The notes below the pieces were generated by a model. The model worked only from the letters and a program-made list of their open reading frames with translations. It was not told the origin of the DNA and did not search any database. A DNA stretch of 64,000 nucleotides from the NCBI RefSeq assembly GCF_026210795.1, contig NC_089433.1:992001-1056000 (forward strand), given 5' to 3'. Shown here piece by piece: positions 12,105 through 24,200 of this stretch; within the stretch, counting starts at the first letter, position 1, and every line of letters begins with the position of its first letter. The position numbers and the translations under genes were made by a program. Source of the DNA: Rhizophagus irregularis (lineage: Eukaryota).

Positions 12105-13838
12105 ATGATGACAACCGTAACAAAAGAGACATTCAAAATACCAAAAGGAAAGTCAGGTTATATAATTGGTCCAAGTTTTTCAAATTTAAATCGAATAAAG
12201 TACGTAATTTAATTATTTATTACTTTGTAATGATTTTTTTTATTAATTGTAAAAAAATTCTATTTCTCTTTATATTAAATAAAGAGTTAATTCAGGAGCA
12301 AATATTCAAATTAATGGAAAAAGAAACCAACCATGCCAAGCAATCATTACCGGTACCGTGGAACAACGTAAAAAGGCCATTAAATTATTACAAGAATCTT
12401 TACTTCGTTCAAATTCTTTTTCTCCAATTATAGGATTCATTTTATTGGATGAACCAAATAATAATTTTGGTTCAAAATTATTATTGTTTAATAAAATTCC
12501 TAACGATGATAATTATAGTGATTTTAAGTATAATGATGTTAAAACTTATAATAAATATACCCTTGAAATAATTCCTTCAACAACAACTTTACAACTTCCT
12601 TCTCCTAAAAATAATAAATTATCAATTAGTGGTATTTCAGGAAAACTTTATAGTTTTAATACTATATCGAAATTACATACTTGTATGAATGAAATCATTG
12701 AACAAATTACTTTTAAAAATTTCTCTCAGAAAACTTTAATTGAAAATGAATTTCGTTTAAAAATTAATTTCGGTATAGAATTATTTACGAAAATTGATCA
12801 AACTATTATAAACCTACTAGAATGGCATGAATTAAAAAGAGGCCATAAGGGGATTACTACCGCTTTTCGTCATGATATTAGTTTTTTTGATGAAAGAAAA
12901 ATTGAAAAATTAAAAAGGATTTTTGGTTTTAAAGAAATTAACATGAATAATGAAGTTGAAGATAAAGAAAGATATTTAATTACTATATTATATAAAGTAA
13001 AAGACAAGAAAAATAAATTTAAATTGAGATGGAACGTAGATGAAGGTAAGATCAAATTTTTAAATTGAAAAATTTATTTTGAAAATGAAGAAATGCTCTA
13101 TTCTGTTATTAAAAGTATTATCATTCTAATTACTTTAATCGTCAATTTCATTGATTACCGATTTCCTACTTTTCAATTTCTGGTTATGATCACATAGGAC
13201 GTTGGAAAATAATGAAGTCAACAGAAAATATAAGTCGTCAAGCTATAATAGATATTGTATCTGGTAGAAACGAATTACCTGATTTACGTTTCTTATTGAA
13301 ATCCCAACATCGTTCATCTTCTATCAACGAAAAATATTGTAATACAATCAATAATTTACAAAAATCAACAAATTTCCTCAAAAGAATAAATTCTATTAAC
13401 AACAACAAAGAAAATTCGTCTAATTATAATGATAAGATGTATTTCAGGCAAGAAGATTTTGATGGAATTTTTAATTGTACAGGCATTAGACAATCTATCA
13501 TCAAAAAGCAACTGATGTAAGTGATTTTAGCGATTTTTGGATTGCTTATGAAGTCTGATTATATCAAGTCCCCCTTTTTATAACTAATCCTTTTTTTTTA
13601 TCCCCTCTGCTTATTTAGCAACGATAAATACCGGATAGATTTCATTTCCACTTTGCAAGATGAAGATGGCATTGAAACTTCGGAAAATACCGTCAATTTA
13701 ATCAACCTTTCTTGGATTTCTTCGTCTTCTCTCAGCGAATGTGAATCCATCGCAACTATGAATCCTAATAATTCAAAATTCAGTAATTCAATTATTGAAT
13801 CAATTAATTATGCTAGAAAAATTTCTAAAACAATTTGA
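12105..13838 (+). CDS. N-terminal KH-domain protein with an uncharacterised C-terminal domain (464 aa, 4 exons)
   Basis: Exons 12105-12199, 12285-13045, 13198-13516 and 13619-13838 splice in frame. The N-terminus ETFKIPKGKSGYIIGPSFSNLNRIKVNSGANIQING...AIITGTVEQRKKAIKLLQE fits a type I KH pattern. Confidence 0.8.
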
Positions 13839-14390
13839 AGTTCGATGAAAAAGCAAATCCGCGTCGTTGTGCAGACTGTGCAGCGTAAGGAATTTACGTA
13901 TTGTAGTAATATGGATCATTATACCGTATTTTTTTTTTTTCTTATTATTTTCTTATTTTGTTATTTTGTTAACAAAATTTTTATTGTTTATTATGTTTTT
14001 CTTTTTATTATTTGTTTCATAGTTTATATTGTAAAATTTGTAGCAACAACAAATATTTGATTAATATTAAAGGAAGAATAAAGATACTTCGAATAAATGT
14101 AAAAATTTCTTCATGCCGAAATGTCAATCATCATACGATATTAGTACAGTATTGAAATGATAAATATATACTCTAAATATTTGCAACAAAATTAAGTATT
14201 GATTCAAGAAAAGCTTATATAAAGCATGATCTGACGTCAACTAATGTAAATACAACGCCGCCGTACAAATCCATAAATTATCAAATGATGAAATGATGCA
14301 AAATGACTCACGCGACTCATGAGAAATAATTCACGTGATATGACATAATTGTTCAAAAAAAAAATATAAATACGTCTCCAATTCTTTTTC

Positions 14391-14590
14391 GTGGTGTGTG
14401 TGTAGTGGGGGGTGTGTGTGTGTGTTGTGGGTGTGTGTTGTGAGTGTGTGGTGTGGGTGTGTGTGTAGTGGGTGTGTGTGTGTTGTGGGTGTGGGTGTTG
14501 TTGTTTGTATTCCCTCGTCTTTCCTCTCTCGTCCTTTCCCTTTCCCTTCCCCTTTCGTCCTTCCCCTTACCCTTCCCCTTTTTCCTCGAG
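14391..14590. repeat. Compound GT-rich microsatellite followed by a CT-rich low-complexity tract
   Basis: (GT)n/gtgg units at 14391-14505, then a tccctcgtct/ttccc-rich tract. Confidence 0.9.
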
Positions 14591-16197
14591 GTCCTGATCA
14601 ATAGTTGCTGCACCTCAACGTTGGTGATCAGGTGGCAACAAGTTTTTTTAAAAAAAAGACTTGGCTAAGTCAGCAACATTGTATAAATAATAACCGATGT
14701 TAAATTTTATTCACTTTTAATTATTAAATTATTCTTTATACATATACGTAGTATTTTAGAAACGATTAATTATACTCGTTCTTTTAATCTTAATTCAAAA
14801 AATTTTTATTTGATTCTTATTCAATATTATTATTCTGCTTATTAAAATAAATTAATGATCTAATTTATTTATTATTATATTTCTATCACGTACTGAAGTA
14901 ATTTGGGCATCTTGTATTTGTTGCGTTAAGTGTGATATGATTGTCTGGGCGTAATGAATTTAAGGCAAAGTGAATAGTACAAACTGTAAAGTTGATAGAA
15001 ATAAAACAGAATCTAAAATCTATATAAGTGTGACGTACGATAAAATTAATTATGTGTTGAAGGCGTAGTAAGTGAAGGTATAGCCATGGATTTTTCAGAT
15101 TCATCATTCACGGTTCCACCAAGTGAAAAATAGGATCTCTCACCGTTGCAGTTGCATCACGTAATTTTTTTTTTAAATTTAACTTATAATATCGAATTAT
15201 GATAATACTAGACTTACAATGGTTTCAAAGTATTATTTAATTTTTTAAATTAATTTATTTGAAATCGATTTATTTGCTAATAAGATAGTTGCACCATAGG
15301 AGGAATATTTCATTTTAAAAAAATTCATTGAGACCAGATTCGAACGGCCCTTTGAACATCAGACATCAGCGCCTCAATAATGGTTTGTGGCTCGGCAAAC
15401 AAGAATCGAACGCGCCACTAATTTCCACCTATACTTCCGGCAAAAAAGAATTTGCTTGCCTTCCTGTATCTTTTAATGAGAAACTCTGCTTTTGTCCTTC
15501 GTTTTTCTTGCTCAAGGGCCACAATTGTCTAAGATATTTATCTATCTTTCTTTGAAATTGCTCTTCGTTACATTCCTCAGTTATGTTCCATTCCCGACAA
15601 TGTTCGAATGTCGATCTGACTTAACAGAGTTGCATTGACGGTATAAAAAGGCAAGTTCAAGAATTTTTTGATTAAAAAATATAAATAAGGAATTGGTGGC
15701 GCGACTGGGATCTCTAGGATTTGTTCGTTCAAGTCTCTAGGACTAGCTACGAAGCTAGTGTTGGGGCGCATGCAATCTCTAGGATTGTCTGACGTTCAAG
15801 ACTCAAGGTCGACCTAACACTTAGCCCTATTGGAGCACGGATAATCAGGATTATCTTCTGTTCAGACTCTAGGTCGATCTAGTAGGATTGAAATAAAATG
15901 GAAATTGTGAAAGTATCAGCCGTGAATATTACTAATTTACAAATTTACGCGTTTATCCTTCTTCACGATAAATATTTTCTGATCTATAAAAATTTTCAGA
16001 ATCAACCAAGGGTGAGTTTAACTACACTCAGATAATACGACCGCGAAGTTGAATATTTATATAAACTGAGCTTTCCTCTTTGACTCCCAATCCAAATTTT
16101 AAATTCACTTTTACGCATTGTAATAATTTTTGCGATGAGATTTAGTGAGAATTTTCAAAACATATTCAATTTGTTGTTACGAATCATGTGGAAAATG

Positions 16198-17160
16198 ATT
16201 TTTTTTTTTGTTAATAAACGCATTTCTTTATTAACGATTTCAACATAACAAGGTACATTAAAAGAAATACTCTCTATATACTAACTACATAGCAATAGGC
16301 TACGGATGCGTTGCTGACGCAACACTACAAAAGGGCTAATCTATGTATCTCGATAACGTCTACCTCTACGATCTCGATATGTATCTCTACTGTTCTTACT
16401 TCTACCTTTACCTCTCCCACGATAAGTCATCCATCCCTCACCTTTGTCGTCTTCAGCGTCCTCTACCTTACTCCTGTCACTTTGTTCTCCAATGATACGC
16501 CTCTTACCCTCTTTAATACAATCCGTGTCGGTTTTTGTTTTTCTTGTGATTTAGGTAACCTTGTTGAGCAAAAAGTGTTAACGTTATGGTACACTTTGAG
16601 CTTCGTCTCCTGCCGGGCTTTTTCTTGCTTGCGGGCCATTTCCATGAAAAGTTCTTCCATCTTTTTCTTCCTTTTCCTATAACAATTGGAGATTTACTAT
16701 TTCCATCTTTTTTTCTTTCTTCTTCTCGAAATTGATCAATCTCTAGGACTACCTGTTCCGGTGAGGTATAATCTTTTATTGAAGTTGATGGGTTTGTGGC
16801 GGATCTTCGTCCAGTAATTCTTCCTAAATTTATTTACCGTATCAACTACCTCATCGCGATCGTCGTCTCGGTATGTCTGGCTGTGAATCTCCCCTCGTTA
16901 TTGTCCACGGGCGTCAAATGTTCGTCGTGCACCAATCTCTCCGGGATTTCACCACAGGTGAGACACCTCTTTTCTTCCATGAATAATCCAAGTTCGGTCC
17001 ACGTTAGCATCTGCATCCTTAGCGATAGCTGCATCTAGTTGTTCTTTATCTTTAAAATATGCTAAGAAGACCATCTTTTTCCAAAAACGGACCATTTTTC
17101 CATACTCAAAGGTATAATTCCCTTAGTGGAAAATGATTTTTAAATAATCGAATTTTCTGA
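16198..17160 (-). mobile_element. Degenerate retroposed sequence (LINE-derived or processed copy)
   Basis: About 1 kb of GC-richer, broken, intronless coding-like sequence (..MVFLAYFKDKEQLDAAI..MEELFMEMARKQEKARQE..) ending on the minus strand in AATAAA followed by an A-run at 16198-16209. Confidence 0.35.
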
Positions 17161-18723
17161 ATAAATCCTGTACGTTAAGGGTAAGTAAAATCCAAGTAAA
17201 TTAAGTGAATTTAGTATAAACTGTCAAATTAGAATAATCCATTGTAAAAGTCAATTTGTACCTTCCCCTTTTGAAATCATCTCATGTTAAGACTGGTAGA
17301 TCAACTTTATTATTGTTAATTATATTTCACTTCAAACTAATATTGAGTAGGAAAAAAAAATGAATGATAAAATATTAAATTACATCAAATTAAATTTAGT
17401 CAAAACGTATTCAATAAAATGTATCCATTTTTTGCTAAACACTAAATATTTTACCTTTTTTCTAACCTATACAAGCCACAATTGCATTAAATTCACGCGA
17501 TTAATAAAATCTGAAATGACGTTTATTGTTATTAGAAAGAAAATTTGAAGAATGTTGTTTATTTGTTTATATAATCAACTTAAATTATTGGTATATTTGA
17601 ATAATCAAAGATTTATATTTTAGGATTGAATGGGCCTGAAATGTCCAATCACGAAGGATAGTACAAAAATATCGGTCCTAGACTTATTGGTAGGTATTGT
17701 TTGTAAAAACCGTTTCTTGATCCAGCTCGAACATATCATATGACAAAATAAAGGAAATCTAGGAAATTTTATTCTATAGATATCCTTGAAGGGTTCTGGT
17801 ATGATTAAAAGATTTTCTGATTATAGATAATTAGCGACATTTTATAAACGTCATTAAAAGCATTGATATATGTTCTTTCGATTCAACATTTTGGGGTAGT
17901 TTTTTATCATTGCAAATTAGAGGAAAAATCAATCCTATAAATAATTAATTGGCGTAAAATATTGATTTTAACTAGTTTATTTATTATATTAGATATATTA
18001 GATATCCAATTTGGCATTCATGGCTACTTGAAACGCATTGAAATGACGTAATTTAACAGATTTGACGTAATTTAACAGATTTCACGTGCTATAAATCGAC
18101 GAAAAAATTCAAAGACGAGATAAAATCTATTATTATTCTTTGATTCTTTTAAAATTTAAAAAGCATTATCAGATAATGACATTGTGCTAAGTCACGTTAA
18201 AAATCTATTCGGTTTGACTACAAAATATATATATTGTCTCAACATGACTAGTCATATTATTAGTTTACGATGTAGTTTGTCTACTCATGAATAAAAATTA
18301 CTCGTGTGAATAAAATTTTTTTTTCACACGGGTTTGTTGTCGCATATATAACAAAATATGACCAATTTAACATTCAATTTTTCTTTTCTTTGCTCCTTGA
18401 CGAAAAAAAAAATTACTCCTTATCGTCGAGTACCAAATTTTTTCAAAACACTTATTCTTTACTAGTTCCTCTAATTTCTTTTTGGGAAAATATTTTTTTA
18501 TATTTGCAAAAAGAAACTGTGGATATTTGAAGTTTCAAGCAACGGTGAGTAGTTGATTGAAAACTTTTTAAAAAATGGCAAGATTGTTAACTCTTTTATT
18601 TTGAATTAGATGCCTCATAAACTATTCATTCATCGCTCAGCCCACTGATGGCCTTTCTATTCTTTTTTTTTTTTCATTGAGTGATATATAAATCAAACCA
18701 TTATCTGGCTATAAATTACGTAG

Positions 18724-19494
18724 ATGACAAGATTTAATAGTCGCAGGCGTCGTTCAACACTCCGTATGAGTGACTCCATGTGTAAAAGACGGGAACTTCG
18801 AAGTATTTTAAGGATAGACTCTTTAAATAGGTGAGTAAGGGGAGAGATGGATTGAACCTGTGGAACTCCTTTGGCATCTCCCCTCTCCTGTAGTTACTGG
18901 GTATCAAAGCTTTTCGATGGTGACGAAGGTGAAGGTTCTGGGAAGGCTAGTATTAACCATTTTAATGGTTAAAAACGTTGGAGAACCGTCCCTTACTTCA
19001 CTAGTTCCTGTTATTCAGGGGCATAGTAAGGGTGGCCAGAATCGGTTTAAACCGGAGAATTAGTCGAGATACATCTACTGTCTAATGCTCATAAGTCGTT
19101 GGGCTTGTCCTAACGCTACTTTATTCAATTTTGTAGGGAAGTGGAGTCAGGGTCCCTACCACCTAGTGTGAGAAACCATGTGTTTTCAAGGATTGCTCGT
19201 GGTAGAAACAAATACCTACGAAACGACATAATTTATGAGAGACTATTTAATGACCAAGGATCCACTGCTGTTCGGATGTTGGAACAGAGTGGCGAGGTAG
19301 GTATGTATCAGAATGTACCTTCAACTTCTGGTCAATTGACATGTTTAAGGGGTCACTTTCATATGAATCAGGAGGATGTAGATGAGTGTTATAGGAGATT
19401 TATTAGGAAATATGGTAGGGACGTTGATAAATTTATGGAAATTTTCAGGTGTAGAAGACATGTAGCAGAAGATATTATTATAAAGTATATTTAG
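18724..19494 (+). CDS. Gene B: small Arg-rich protein with a CxxGHxH...C motif, homologue of gene A (154 aa, 2 exons)
   Basis: Exon 18724-18830 (MTRFNSRRRRSTLRMSDSMCKRRELRSILRIDSLN), phase-2 intron 18831-19136 (GTGAGT..CCTAAC..TTTGTAG), and exon 19137-19494 in frame with the 19141 ORF (..LTCLRGHFHMNQEDVDECYRRFI..). Confidence 0.75.
18831..19136 (+). ncRNA. Candidate structured intronic RNA element (gene B)
   Basis: Stems ggggagagatg/catctcccc, gtatc/gatac, ggttct/agaacc, ttaaccat/atggttaa, cccttact/agtaaggg and cggtttaaaccg within a 306-nt GC-richer intron. Confidence 0.55.
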
Positions 19495-21052
19495 TGTTTC
19501 TTACAATGTACTGGTCCAAAATATGGTTTAATATTAAGCAATTTTATAATAATAGAATTTAGGTGAATTTCTTTGGCAATGACTTTTATTTATTTTTAAC
19601 GTGCAATATTTTCAAATGCGAAATGAGGATCTATTCTCGTGTTAGTGACTTTCTTTACTTTACTTTTTAATGTTTGGAGAATTTGAAATTATTAAATTTT
19701 TTTCTTTTGCACTTTTTGCAAATAATAAATTAATTGGTATTATTGTAAGTTTAAAATATGTTTTTTTAATTGGTAAGATAATTAACTGATAAATAAAATT
19801 AATTGATCAAAATAAAAAAAAAAGGTTCTTGGAGTAAAAAAAAAAATTTTTTTTATGGCGATTTTTGAATATTGGAAATTTCTTTAATCAGTGTATTGAT
19901 CTTTATTGCTTTCGTTATTATAAATGATCGCCGGATACTATTAATAATAAAAATTCCAGAATAATAAATTATTAATGATCAAAGTACAGTATATTAACGA
20001 AACGATTTAAAAATTTTCTATCTAACATATTTTTACTCGTAAAAAATTCCAATCTAGAATTTAAAACATAAATGGAGCCGAATTCCTGATTGCCGATCAT
20101 CCGGATCCGGTTTAATCGCAGAAAATCCCCTGGAATTCCACGACGATCTACGTCTGAGATCACGTTGCTAATTATTTTACACTATTAATTATAAATTTCT
20201 ATTCCCATCAACTTTCGTTCATGAAGATTGAAAACATGATAATTTCCTTGTAATTCATATGCTTTTCTTTAGATTATAGGATCGAAATATATATAATCAT
20301 CAATCTTTTTTTATCCATTTGGACTTTATGATCTATATAATCTTCTAAAATACTTTAAGAATTAATTTCTGCAGACCGATTTCTTTGTCACCCTTTCTCT
20401 TTCTTTATTCGTGATATATATTACTAATGAAAGATTTGTTATATAAATCTCATTTTTGTCATTCCCTCAGTTGTTTAATTCCAAATCTCGTAATAGATCA
20501 CAATATAATAGAATATTTCCTTCACGTCTATTAGCTTGTGATGGAAAAGCAAGTATGCAAGTTCACGAAGGCAATATGATCGATTCATAGACCATCTACG
20601 CCATAATATAGGACTATTCAAAACCTTGAACATATGGTAGATCAAACGTTTTCTCTTAGGCATCAGAAATTCTTAGATTAACACTATATTTTTTGTTCAG
20701 AGCGTCACGAATTTTACCGGGATATCATTATATCAACATCGTGAAATGACCTTATTTTAAAGTAATAATTAGGAATAATATCAAAGAATCTTAAAGAAAA
20801 AATAATAAATTTAACTTACCATGATAAATGAATAAAAATAATTGGCATAAGAATGTTGAAATTCATATAACACCAATTAAACATTTAAATCGTATTAAGC
20901 TTGAATGGATTAAAATTAGGAATACGATAGATTGCAATATCCAATAAACTGTAATAAACCATTTGCTGCCTCCAAATATAAATTTGTTCACATGATTCAT
21001 AGGATTTTCTTATCGGATATTTTACTATTCGGTATAAAATAATAAATGATTA

Positions 21053-21213
21053 CAGTCAGCTCTCGATATAGCGAACCCTCCAGTTTTCATCTCAAATTCG
21101 CTATAAGATTATAGCGAAGAATTCAAAGAATTTAATTGTTATATAACAAGGGATATTTGACGTATTTGATTGGTTAGATGTCACGTGTTGGGAAAATTTC
21201 GAGTTCGTGACTG
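21053..21213. mobile_element. pogo/Tigger-like (Tc1/mariner) MITE remnant
   Basis: TA|cagtcagctctcgatatagcgaa ... tgactg|TA. A related end occurs at 39325, and the internal motif at 21169-21202 matches the reverse complement of 39349-39383. Confidence 0.6.
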
Positions 21214-24200
21214 TATTAATATTAAAGAACATTTAATATGAAAAAAATGGACTACTTCCTAACAAATGTTAAAACTCACCGTATAGGTCGAACTTGGTGA
21301 CGTAATATAAAACACATTACATTATAGATTGTAATCAGAAATTATGTAAGAATGCTCTAATAAAATCCGTTACAAATATATTAATTTATAAAGAAATAAT
21401 AAATAATAAACTAAAAAAACATACCAGTAAGCAGCACGTCGGAGATTCGAAATTGGATATTTTTCTATTGCAATTCGGCGACTAGAAACAGTCTATAACA
21501 ATGCTTGCAAATTTCCTGCAACATTTGCCCAGGCAAAAACTCTAAAGCGTGTGATTCTAACGAATAGGTACGCAAAAATAACGTTCAGTAGTAGTTACTA
21601 CGTAATCATATATAGCGCCTCCTCAATAATGCTATAATTAATACGATATTAAAAAGATATACAATAAGATGAAGAGATTGAATATATCATACTTACGATA
21701 ATTTGTAGAAATAATCGCTGGAATCCCAGTATTTCTCTTAATGACCAACTGGAATTGACCATCTCACACTTATTGGAATACTATAGGTTGAGAAACGTTA
21801 GAGAATTCAAAATTCTGAACTATCCTAAACATGTCGACAAAAAATTAATAAACCGATAAAAGGCATTACCTTTACGACCTTCATTTGTATACTATTTCAA
21901 AGAATGCTGCGATTATCTAACGTAGATGCAATATACGAAATGTCTCTTTATAATTAAAGCAAGCCCTAAGCATCGAGCTAATTTAACATTGGATGGACTA
22001 AATATATTGAATAGATCTTCATGATCTCTATCAAGAGTTGTCCATACAAAAATTTCAGAAGTGCCCGAATCGACGCGCGCAATTTCTTCACAGTGATTTA
22101 CTCTAACAGCTCCATCTAACGATCCAGACCGAAAAAAAGATGAAAACCAAATCATAGAACAAACACTAGCTTGGCTAAAATAATGACGTAACATTATTAT
22201 CCATTTCATCATCATTTGAGGAATCTAAATATTAATTTCATCATCTTCGCTTTCCTCTATATTAGTTGATTAAATATTTATCATCTCTAAAATACAATAA
22301 ATATAAAATTTATGTTATACATTAGCACTTTATTTAAAGTACGGTATTCAAAATTATTTAATATTAACTTACCTAGCGAGCGTTACAATCACAAAATTAT
22401 GACGAGACAGGCGTGAATCCTGTATAATTTCTTATTAAATTTAAGCCATGAATGAATACACTAAATTTCATAATAATATACTATGTATATATATTTTTAT
22501 TTATTTATTAAATTTTAAGTCATGAATGAATAAGCAAAATCCAATAATTTTCAATAAAACTCAATTTCAACAGCTCTGGTATCAACGATAAAATTTCTAA
22601 TAACATGAATTTATTGTTATTAGCAGTGATGCCTACACTGAGCCACCTGAACAACCAGAGTGCAGTCTTCTTATAGCTCCAGTCATGGAGACGCATGTCA
22701 ACTAGAAGGCCGATTTTTGCGGTCTCTTGCATGTTTCGGCACATTATCAGAAAATTCTAAAAAAGAATTCTACCGTAACTTTTATTTGTTGTAGGCTTGT
22801 AACAAATGCGATTATAATCTTTAGAATATCTAATGGTACAAATACTATGTTTGATAGATATTCTTTATCTTCAAGAGGGAATTATAAAAATAAATTTTAA
22901 TTTTTACTGATTAGGTCGGACCAAACCAATTTGATTTTCTTGTTTAACAAAATCCCCCAAAAATTTTGTTTTCATATTTTAAAAAAAAATTTTATATAAT
23001 ATTCCCCATGGGGAATCCAATTTTTAGATTTCTTCCCACATATTTTCAAAATTTTAAATAGTAAAAATTAATATAAAAAATTTTGTACCCCCCCCCCCCT
23101 CTTTTTTCAATTGAACCCTTGAAAATAAATACTTTAATAAAGACACCGAATCTATTATACTGTAAATTTAGGGGTCCAACACTGTACGCGCTGTCTCACA
23201 TAGATAAGTGATGGATCAGTAAAGATAATCATTTTTTTCAAGTGACCATGGGAATTCAAAAGAATTGTTACACTATCGCATGATAAGAAAATTACTACAT
23301 TGAAAATACTTATAAAAATGCAGAAACCTTTTTTTCTCTCCTATTTTTTTCTCCTTAAAGCCTAAATGATTAAATTTAGGATTTTTCGAAACTTGTATAG
23401 CCATCACAATGGCTAATTCACATTCTCTAATATATTCGTTAATATATATATTTCATAACCGTACTTCATTATTTTCCTTTATCTCATCTATCCTTTAAAA
23501 AACATTATAAGAATTTAATATAAAAAATTAAATAACGAGAGATAATCACTATTATTCGATATTACATATTACAATTTGAAAAAGATACCTTTCAAGCACC
23601 TTATGGGATGCTATTGCATCAAGAACAGTCAGGACTCGTATTAGAAACTAAGGAACGGAAGCCGCCATCAAGTCCGGAGTATAACTCATTTATTTAAGTT
23701 ATTCTACGAGCGGGCGTACAACAGGACACTTTAGTGAAATTCCGAGTCTTTCGCTTTCGTTCCAATTTAAAAAACGGTGAATACGATAAGATGTTTTGAA
23801 GATTTTACGAAAAAAAAAAAGAATTTTATAATTTATAACGATAAGAAATAAAAAAAAATCCGTGTTTAATTTAATGATGTCGCAATGCAATTCTTAATTC
23901 TTACTTATAGCATGATAGTATATTTCGTAACGTGTCAATCGAAGGTTCGATTGACCGGCTTTGGTTCGAGGTCGGGAAAACGTCTTCCTCCAATAAATTG
24001 GAAAAGGCATTGTTTTGTTTTAAAAAATTATTTTTTTGTTTTAATCAATAAAATTTGAACAGATAATACAGATAATATAATTTATTTAAAATACAAAATA
24101 TTTTTTTGAATTGTTTTCACATGACCATGACTTTATTTGATGTCAAAAATATACACGTGGCATACATAAACCCAATAACATATATTTTTGAAGCATACGC

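Noticed and set aside
14353..14668. ORFs over the GT/CT repeat
   Set aside because: Artefacts of low-complexity sequence, open in several frames.
18831..19136. TPP riboswitch, group I intron or hammerhead ribozyme
   Set aside because: No CTGAGA/TGAACTTGAT TPP core, no clear P/Q/R/S elements and no CTGATGA..GAAA core; spliceosomal signals are canonical.
20400..22380. Possible membrane-protein and WD40-like (SGSLDGAVRV) gene remnants on the minus strand
   Set aside because: Multiple stops and frameshifts; too degraded to assign a family by eye.
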